NCBI GenBank assembly: GCA_039931535.1
Contig: JBDTRQ010000065.1
Location: forward strand, 1 to 50,405
Length of the DNA stretch: 50,405 nucleotides
Direction of reading: 5' to 3'
DNA from: Ignavibacteriota bacterium
GTDB lineage: Bacteria > Bacteroidota > Ignavibacteria > Ignavibacteriales > Ignavibacteriaceae
In this document: positions 28,701 through 34,971 of the stretch, one piece after another
How positions within the stretch are numbered: the first letter of the stretch is position 1
How the letters are laid out: every line of letters starts with the position of its first letter
The notes under the pieces: generated by a model
What the model was told of the DNA's origin: nothing
The model's input: the letters and a program-made list of their open reading frames with translations, nothing else
Database searches by the model: none
Program-made: the position numbers and the translations under genes

Positions 28701-29810
28701 GCAAAAGGCAAAATTGTAATCACAATTAATGCAGAGAATATAGACTTTACTGAAAATGCCGTTATATCAATATCAGATAATGGCGTAGGCATATCAGAAG
28801 AAAAGATTTCTCATATATTTGATAGATTTTTCCAGGCAGATAATTCTTCTACAAAAGAATATGAAGGTACCGGACTTGGCTTGGCAATCGTTAAAGAACT
28901 TGTTGAACTGCATGGCGGAACAATTACTGTTGAAAGCAAACTGAACGAAGGTACAACTTTTTTTATATCACTTCCAGTATTAGAAAGTGAAGAAAATTTA
29001 GGCGAAAAAGAAATTGAAAAAGAACATAAACCCGATAGCACTGACGATTTTAAAGAGGTTGTGCTGATTGTAGAAGATAATTATGATGTACGAAATTACA
29101 TCAAAGAAAATCTTGAGCATCTTTACAAAATTGAAGAAGCAGTTGATGGTGAAGATGGAATATTGAAAGCAATCGAAAAAACTCCTGATCTTATTATTAC
29201 GGATTTAATGATGCCAAAAGTAAATGGATTTGAATTATGTAATAAGATAAAAAATGATCAACGAACAAGTCATATCCCAATTATTATGTTAACGGCTAAG
29301 GTTGATGAACAAAGTAAACTTGATGGTTTACAAATCGGTGCAGATGAGTTTCTTGCTAAACCTTTTAGCTCGCGAGAGCTAGAAATACGCGTTGGAAACC
29401 TAATTAGAATAAGACAGTTATTAAGAGAAAAGTACAAAGAAATTTCTGTTATTAAGTCGGAAGATGTAAATGCAAATTCATTGGATAAAGAATTTCTGAA
29501 CAAAGTTTTTGATCTGATAAGAACTCATTTAGAAGATGACCAATTCAGTGTGCAGAAATTAGCAGATGAAATTGGAATGAGTGTTTCGCAGCTAAATCGA
29601 AAACTAAATGCGCTTATCAATCAATCGGCTGGTAAATTATTCCGCTCAACAAAGCTTGATTATGCAGCAAAACTACTGAAAAAAAATGCTGGTAACATCA
29701 CAGAAATTGCATATAGAATCGGTTTTGCTGACGTATCAAGTTTTACAAATAGTTTCAAAGAAAAATTTGGAATCTCGCCCTCAGAATATCTAAAAAATAA
29801 AAATCTGTAA
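25743..29810 (+). CDS. Hybrid two-component system regulator: periplasmic propeller/Y_Y_Y sensor - TM - HisKA/HATPase - receiver - AraC HTH
   Basis: TTG start with a signal-like N-terminus. TM segment WWANFLGFLIVLLIINYVI. H-box FFANISHEFRTPLT, G-box GTGLGLAIVKELV. Receiver VLIVEDNYDVRNY..DLIITDLMMPKVNG. AraC-type ..IAYRIGFADVSSFTNSFKEKFGISPSEY. Confidence 0.9.
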   Translation: MKIIRKIFLTVICFASIVSSQNNQFLDEIGLPIIKNYLPKQYSANVQNWAIIQDKRGVLYFGNVSGLLEYDGVNWRLIKIPNDAVRCLAIDDDGKIFVGGIHQLGYLSPDSLGELKYVSLNKYIFGDKTEIGEVWRIIVHSDGLYFQTFSTLYLFEANKNKQQSFLERILKTPSLKRWESRSRINPIHSIGNRIFVHERNLGLQELRNGKLIMLPGGEEFAQDLICIMLPFPSSKLDYKNSTSKILIGSLRRGMFLFDGTKFEKFNNEADKYLIENRLYFRGALLSDGSYALGTQLGGIVVIDQKGKLKKIIDKNLGLNNNTIWDLFYDREGNLWSATDNGISKILYPSSLRIINEKSGFEGSIQTIKHFDNKIYLATSSGIYYLDNISAKSENGKFDAVKNISVQSWDLLQIKDKVLAATNDGVFEIKNNIASIIDHNYRYATCFFQSTGQQSLIYVGMNNGIAVLKNENDKISFIGMIADFNAGIISIEEDQNGFIWCNDVSGNIIALKTPTNKENLNGYKRLSISNSAALGQKAKLFKHLNKVYFFNNNQVFEFNNVDNKFIRSNILEGVYKDSTQMLINVFNDDRNIIWSITNQKGKILVTENDIKVKSNVSKTYSSFGLAGEDLLTDFISLKSIVSGDQTKTLWVSGGNILISYKLDSESDFSTSINYLPMIRKVSLNGNNILFNGYSNHKNNFEENPIEVDYSTNSVVFEYSLPSFLNESGNDYQFLLEGFDKQWSSWIKGTKKEYTNLPSGNFIFKVRGKNAEGKLSDISSFNFKILPPWYKTWWANFLGFLIVLLIINYVIRVRVRYLKNKNIVLERLVNDRTVKIKEQKDVLEKQAQKLMELDQLKSDFFANISHEFRTPLTLIKGQLENVLRIVKDENVKKKVNVAFTNSNRLNRLINQVLDLSKLESGKLQLEFEKNDIVALIKNRVSSFDSFAEQKNITVQFFSYTDCLFTNIDKEKIEEVIDNLLSNALKFTPAKGKIVITINAENIDFTENAVISISDNGVGISEEKISHIFDRFFQADNSSTKEYEGTGLGLAIVKELVELHGGTITVESKLNEGTTFFISLPVLESEENLGEKEIEKEHKPDSTDDFKEVVLIVEDNYDVRNYIKENLEHLYKIEEAVDGEDGILKAIEKTPDLIITDLMMPKVNGFELCNKIKNDQRTSHIPIIMLTAKVDEQSKLDGLQIGADEFLAKPFSSRELEIRVGNLIRIRQLLREKYKEISVIKSEDVNANSLDKEFLNKVFDLIRTHLEDDQFSVQKLADEIGMSVSQLNRKLNALINQSAGKLFRSTKLDYAAKLLKKNAGNITEIAYRIGFADVSSFTNSFKEKFGISPSEYLKNKNL

Positions 29811-29926
29811 TTATTTGCAATAATATAACCCTGCTCAAAAATCCCAAGTATTAGCTCAATACTACTAACAGTAATAGTAGTGTAATTTCTTACGTTTGTA
29901 CCAATCAAATCCAAAGAGGTGCTTCA

Positions 29927-31582
29927 ATGAAAAGAAATGCTACATATTTTTTAACAGTTTTTATTTTATCGTTTATTACAAGCCAGATATCTGCACAAAC
30001 AACCTATGAAATTATAGATATTGGACCAGGCAGCGTAAGTGATATTTCTAAAAATGGTCAATTTGTTTGTGGAATGAACTATCCATCACCAGGATATATT
30101 TGGAGTGAATCCACCGGCAGAGTGGAATTGAATGTAGGAGAATACTCTGAAGCGTACGATGTTTCTAACAATGGAAAAGTTGCCGGAAGATTTTATGATC
30201 CAACTTTACCTGCACCAAACGGCAATCCAACTTTAAGAGCAGGTTATTGGGAAAGCGGAATTTGGAATCGTTTAGAAGGGCTTGATAGTCTTGTTCCTTT
30301 AGATGAAATGAGTTTTACTCATGCTTATGGTATCTCTGCTGATGGATCTACGATTGTTGGAATGCAGTGGCATTCTAACTGGAAAGTTGAGGCAGTACGC
30401 TGGATTAATGGAGTTGTAGAAGGTCTTGGCCAAACATTCGGACAAAACAGCCGCGCTAATGTTGTTTCTGCAAACGGATCTGTTGTTGCTGGTTGGAATG
30501 CCGGACCTGCCGGTGTACCGGATAGATCAGCTTTTTATTGGGACCCCACAGCCCATTTTATGGGTAATTTATATCCTAACGAACAAATCGGTGAGTGTGG
30601 CGGTATTAGTTCGGATGGCAGCATAATAGTAGGAACATCTATTTGGCCATTCATATGGACGGCTTCTACCGGAATGAAACAAATTGTAGCCGACTCATCT
30701 AATTATGATCAGGGTTATGCTTTAGGAGTTTCGGATGATGGAACAACAATTGGATGGGTTGATCCTGTTGGCGGCGGATTTAATTATCAAGCTTTTATTA
30801 AAAAACCAAACTGGTCAGACATTGTATATTTATCTACTTACATTACAGATAGCCTTGGAATTACTGGTTATACTGGATGGTACTTTGCATTTGGGCAGGC
30901 GATCTCTGCTGATGGAAAAACAATTGGAATTAGTGCATTTCCTCCTGCGTCAGGTCTTCAAAAAGCTTTGATATTAAAAATCAATGAACCAGTACCAGTT
31001 GAGCTAACTTCTTTTACTGCTCAAGCATTAAATAAATCTGTATTGCTTAACTGGATAACAGCTACAGAATTAAATAATTCGGGCTTTGAAATTCAGAGGG
31101 CTTCGTCTTCGACTATGCCCCCCCAAGGAGGGGAACAAAGCAATTCCGATTGGGAGACAATTGGTTTTGTACAGGGTGCTGGATCTTCAACAGAAATGCA
31201 TAATTATAATTTTGCAGATCTAAATCCATTGATTGGAACTAACAGCTACAGATTGAAACAAGTAGATTATGATGGAACCTTTGATTACTCAAATGAAGTT
31301 GAAGTAGAAATATCCCCAGTAGAATATGCTTTGGAACAAAATTATCCTAATCCATTTAATCCATCTACAACTATAAGATTTACACTTCCGCAATCATCCA
31401 TGTTAAAAATAAGTGTTTACAACACACTCGGTGAAGAAGTTGCGAACCTTGTTAATGAAACTTATGAAGCAGGCTTACACGAGATAGTGTTTAATGCAAA
31501 AAACTTAACAAGTGGAGTTTATTTTTTAAGAATGGATGCGGGTTCATATACATCAACAAGAAAAATAACTTTACTTAAGTAA
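29927..31582 (+). CDS. Secreted HAF-repeat-like protein with shared pre-CTD module and T9SS sorting domain
   Basis: Signal peptide. Repeated ..A.(D/G)(V/I)S.(N/D)G..(V/I)(A/V)G.. units. C-terminal PVELTSFTA..LNWITATELNNSGFEIQR..YRLKQVDYDGTF.. + QNYPNPFNPSTTIRF.. Confidence 0.85.
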   Translation: MKRNATYFLTVFILSFITSQISAQTTYEIIDIGPGSVSDISKNGQFVCGMNYPSPGYIWSESTGRVELNVGEYSEAYDVSNNGKVAGRFYDPTLPAPNGNPTLRAGYWESGIWNRLEGLDSLVPLDEMSFTHAYGISADGSTIVGMQWHSNWKVEAVRWINGVVEGLGQTFGQNSRANVVSANGSVVAGWNAGPAGVPDRSAFYWDPTAHFMGNLYPNEQIGECGGISSDGSIIVGTSIWPFIWTASTGMKQIVADSSNYDQGYALGVSDDGTTIGWVDPVGGGFNYQAFIKKPNWSDIVYLSTYITDSLGITGYTGWYFAFGQAISADGKTIGISAFPPASGLQKALILKINEPVPVELTSFTAQALNKSVLLNWITATELNNSGFEIQRASSSTMPPQGGEQSNSDWETIGFVQGAGSSTEMHNYNFADLNPLIGTNSYRLKQVDYDGTFDYSNEVEVEISPVEYALEQNYPNPFNPSTTIRFTLPQSSMLKISVYNTLGEEVANLVNETYEAGLHEIVFNAKNLTSGVYFLRMDAGSYTSTRKITLLK

Positions 31583-31610
31583 TTAAAAAATTTAAAGGAT
31601 TTTAATAATA

Positions 31611-33248
31611 ATGAATATGAAAAAATTATTGGTTTTTATTCTATTGACTGCTGGCTCAATACAAATATATTCTCAATCCACAGCTCAATATATAAATTTA
31701 GGTTTTGGCGGAGCTGCTAAGGTTTCTAATAATGGAATGTATGTGGTTGGCAGCAATTATCCTTCACCAGGTTTTTTATGGTCAGAATCAACAGGAAGAA
31801 TCAATTTAGGAAATACTTATACAGAAGCTTTCGGAGTTTCCAACAACGGTATTGTGGCAGGATCATTTATTGATACTTCACTTCATGCCCCTAATGGCAA
31901 TGCTACTCTTCGCGCAGGATATTATGATGGTTCACGCTGGATTGCTCTTGAAGGATTTCCGGGTTATCCGGTACTTGATGAAATGTCATACACTTATGGA
32001 TACGGAATTAGTGAAGACGGATCAATAATTGTTGGAATGCATTGGCTGCCAACATATAAAGCAGAAGCATGTTATTGGGATAGTGTAGGCAGCATTCACA
32101 TGCTTGGAAGAACCGGTGGTGGAAGCAGCAGAGCTAATGATGTTGCAAAAACCAATAATGGGTTTAGAATTGTTGGGTGGGATGGAGAAGCATTAGGTCC
32201 GGGTAGAAGAGCTTTTTATTGGGATCCGACTCCGCATTTTATGGGTGGTTATGATACAAGTTATCCGGATGGTGAATGTAATGGACTTAACACCGATGGA
32301 AGCACGCTTGTTGGAGGTTCTACAGGTGCATTATTTTCCTGGACTGATGCTGGCGGAATGAACTGGTTTAACACGACTTATTTAAATGGTGCTTCATACG
32401 CTAAAGATATTTCTGATAACGGTATAATTGTAGGGCAAGTTAGCCCTTCAGTTGGAGCCTATCGAGCATTTATAAAAAGACCGGAATGGTCAGATATAAT
32501 GCTACTTAAAGATTATTTGGTTGATAGTTTGGGTATTACAGAAGCTTCTGACTGGTTGGCTTCATTTGCAAACTCAATTTCTGCCGATGGCTTAACCATT
32601 ATTGGAACTGCATATCCATCTTCAGGTGGACCAATAGCTTACGTTATAAAGTTTACAGATCCACTACCTGTTGAGCTATCTTCATTTACAGCTTCTTATG
32701 AAAATAACGTTGTCAATCTTAATTGGATTACAAGTACCGAAACAAATAATCAAGGGTTTGATATAGAAAAGAAAAATCAAAACTCTGAGTGGACTAAGAT
32801 TGGATTTGTTCCTGGTAAAGGATCAACCACAGAAATAAATAATTATAATTTTGTTGATAACTCTACTACTGCAGGCAAAATATCCTATAGACTTAAACAA
32901 ATAGATTTTAACGGATCGTTTGAATATTCAAACACAATTGAAGTGGATGTTAATCCGGTTAACGAATTTTCTCTAAGTCAAAACTATCCCAATCCTTTTA
33001 ATCCAAGTACTAAGATTTCTTATACAATTCCACAAAGCACAAATGTAAAATTATCTGTGTTTAATACACTTGGAGAAAAAATAACAGAGCTTGTAAATAA
33101 AACACAGGATGCTGGAACTTATGATATACAATTTGATGCTTCGGGATTAACAAGTGGAATATACTTTTACAGATTAGAAGCAGGCGATCCTTCGTCAGGC
33201 TCAGGACAAAGTTTTGTTTCAACTCAGAAGATGAGCTTAATTAAATAA
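31611..33248 (+). CDS. Secreted HAF-repeat-like protein, tandem paralog of the previous gene, T9SS sorting domain with 8-aa insert
   Basis: Collinear similarity to 29927..31582 throughout (e.g. YPSPGFLWSESTGRINLG vs YPSPGYIWSESTGRVELN). It has the same C-terminal module. Confidence 0.85.
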   Translation: MNMKKLLVFILLTAGSIQIYSQSTAQYINLGFGGAAKVSNNGMYVVGSNYPSPGFLWSESTGRINLGNTYTEAFGVSNNGIVAGSFIDTSLHAPNGNATLRAGYYDGSRWIALEGFPGYPVLDEMSYTYGYGISEDGSIIVGMHWLPTYKAEACYWDSVGSIHMLGRTGGGSSRANDVAKTNNGFRIVGWDGEALGPGRRAFYWDPTPHFMGGYDTSYPDGECNGLNTDGSTLVGGSTGALFSWTDAGGMNWFNTTYLNGASYAKDISDNGIIVGQVSPSVGAYRAFIKRPEWSDIMLLKDYLVDSLGITEASDWLASFANSISADGLTIIGTAYPSSGGPIAYVIKFTDPLPVELSSFTASYENNVVNLNWITSTETNNQGFDIEKKNQNSEWTKIGFVPGKGSTTEINNYNFVDNSTTAGKISYRLKQIDFNGSFEYSNTIEVDVNPVNEFSLSQNYPNPFNPSTKISYTIPQSTNVKLSVFNTLGEKITELVNKTQDAGTYDIQFDASGLTSGIYFYRLEAGDPSSGSGQSFVSTQKMSLIK

Positions 33249-33329
33249 TTAACTTAGATGAATATCAATTCTAAGATAATTATGTATTTAATAAATAATT
33301 CTTTCATTAATAATTATTAGGAGAATCCT

Positions 33330-34730
33330 ATGTGTAAAAAACTAACAGTTTTCTTAGCTGTGGTAATGCTGATTGTAATCAATTACAGCATGCATGCCCA
33401 ACCAACAACATATGCGTTTAATGGCAACCCATATAGTTACGGAACAATAAACTTGACTACGGGTGCATTTACGTCATTAAGTTTCTTTCCCCAAGGAAGC
33501 AGTATGCAGGGAGTAACGGGAGATAATGTCGGAACAGATGAGCAATATTCAATAGTTGCAAATTCAGCATTTAACACCTTTTACTTATGGCACTTAAACT
33601 TTACTACATTAACAGGTGATAGTCTTGGAGTAGTTGGTCCGCTTTCATCAGGACAAACAGCAGTAAAAGGAATGGCACACAACACACTAACAGATACGTG
33701 GTACGTGGTAAGTTCAGATGATTTTGGAACAGCGGCGTACTTGTACACAATAAATGTTACAACAGGTGGATTAACACAGGTAGCACAATTAACAGGAGCC
33801 AACTTACCAGTGGCGATGGCAATAGATTGTAATGGCAATGCATATATAGTTGATGTCGTAGTTGGTGGTCTTTCATCAACCGGAGTATTTAAGTCATTAA
33901 ATCTATCAACAGCAGCAGCTACGGCAATAGGCACAGATATAGGATTAGCCGATATATCAGGATATAGCCAAGATATGGATTTTAATCCGGAGACAGGAGA
34001 ATTATACTGGGGAGCATACTGGTCATCAGGGTTCTTCAGTTCAGGTGGATCATTCAGAAAAATTGATGTTGCTACTGGTACATCTACAGAGATACTGCCA
34101 TTAGGAGAATTTGATAGTTATATCTCGTTTAGTATTAACGCAAATTGTACTATAGTTCCAGTTGAATTAACTTCATTTTCTGCTAACGTTAATAAAGGTA
34201 CTGTAGTCCTTAATTGGAGTACTGCAACTGAGCTAAACAACTCCGGTTTTGAAGTTGAGAGGGCTTCGTCGTTGACTTCGCCCCTCCAGGGAGAATGGAA
34301 GAAAATTGGATTTGTTGGTGGCGCGGGTTCAACAACTGAAATCAAAAATTATTTTTACTCGGATTATTCAGTTACATCCGGATCATATTCTTACAGATTA
34401 AAACAAATTGATTTTGATGGAACCTTTGAATACTCTCAAGAAGTTAATGTTGATATTACTCCCGCAAATCAATATGTACTTAATCAAAATTATCCAAATC
34501 CATTTAATCCATCAACAAGAATACGCTTCTCTGTTCCTGAAGCCTCTGTTGTTAAGCTTGTTGTATTCAATACAATTGGTGAACAGATAATTGAACTAGT
34601 TAACAATTATTACGAAGCGGGATCTCACGAAATAATATTTAATGCTTCAAATTTAGCAAGCGGTATTTATTTTGTTAAAATGGAATCAGGCTCATTCGTA
34701 TCTACTAAAAAAATAACATTGATGAAATAA
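33330..34730 (+). CDS. Secreted protein with unrelated (propeller-like?) N-terminal region plus the same pre-CTD module and T9SS sorting domain
   Basis: AGGAG lies upstream and a signal peptide is present. C-terminal VPVELTSFSAN..LNWSTATELNNSGFEVER..YRLKQIDFDGTF.. + QNYPNPFNPSTRIRF.. Confidence 0.85.
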   Translation: MCKKLTVFLAVVMLIVINYSMHAQPTTYAFNGNPYSYGTINLTTGAFTSLSFFPQGSSMQGVTGDNVGTDEQYSIVANSAFNTFYLWHLNFTTLTGDSLGVVGPLSSGQTAVKGMAHNTLTDTWYVVSSDDFGTAAYLYTINVTTGGLTQVAQLTGANLPVAMAIDCNGNAYIVDVVVGGLSSTGVFKSLNLSTAAATAIGTDIGLADISGYSQDMDFNPETGELYWGAYWSSGFFSSGGSFRKIDVATGTSTEILPLGEFDSYISFSINANCTIVPVELTSFSANVNKGTVVLNWSTATELNNSGFEVERASSLTSPLQGEWKKIGFVGGAGSTTEIKNYFYSDYSVTSGSYSYRLKQIDFDGTFEYSQEVNVDITPANQYVLNQNYPNPFNPSTRIRFSVPEASVVKLVVFNTIGEQIIELVNNYYEAGSHEIIFNASNLASGIYFVKMESGSFVSTKKITLMK

Positions 34731-34744
34731 TCAATCTTAATCTT

Positions 34745-34775
34745 AGGGCTGTCTATCTTTTAGACAGCCCTATTT
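34745..34775 (+). terminator. Rho-independent terminator ending the three-gene cargo cluster
   Basis: Stem agggctgtct (34745..34754) / agacagccct (34762..34771), followed by a T-rich tail. Confidence 0.75.
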
Positions 34776-34971
34776 ATAAAGACAAGCAAATGAAATCTTC
34801 TGCAAAACAAATAAGATATTATTTTTTACTAATAGCAACGGCAATTATATCGTACTTGTTCTTTGCTCAGTTTTTGTAAATCACTTTAGCTAATTGTAAG
34901 AATTCTGCAACTAATCTAACTCTCCAAATTTCCTTATATTTACACCTCAAATTTCACTAACAGAGATATAA

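Noticed and set aside
29891-29898. TACGTTTG upstream of 29927 as a Bacteroidota-type -7 promoter element (TAnnTTTG).
   Set aside because: It is a single occurrence with no matching -33 TTTG at the right spacing. I could not find the motif consistently before other genes here.
25869-29914. Ten short antisense ORFs within the hybrid regulator gene.
   Set aside because: They are typical antisense shadows of an AT-rich long gene (S/F/I/L-rich), with no start context.
34790-34879. 29-codon ORF (MKSSAKQIRYYFLLIATAIISYLFFAQFL) between the cargo-cluster terminator and valS.
   Set aside because: It could be a small membrane peptide, but there is no ribosome-binding site and it is too short to support from sequence alone.
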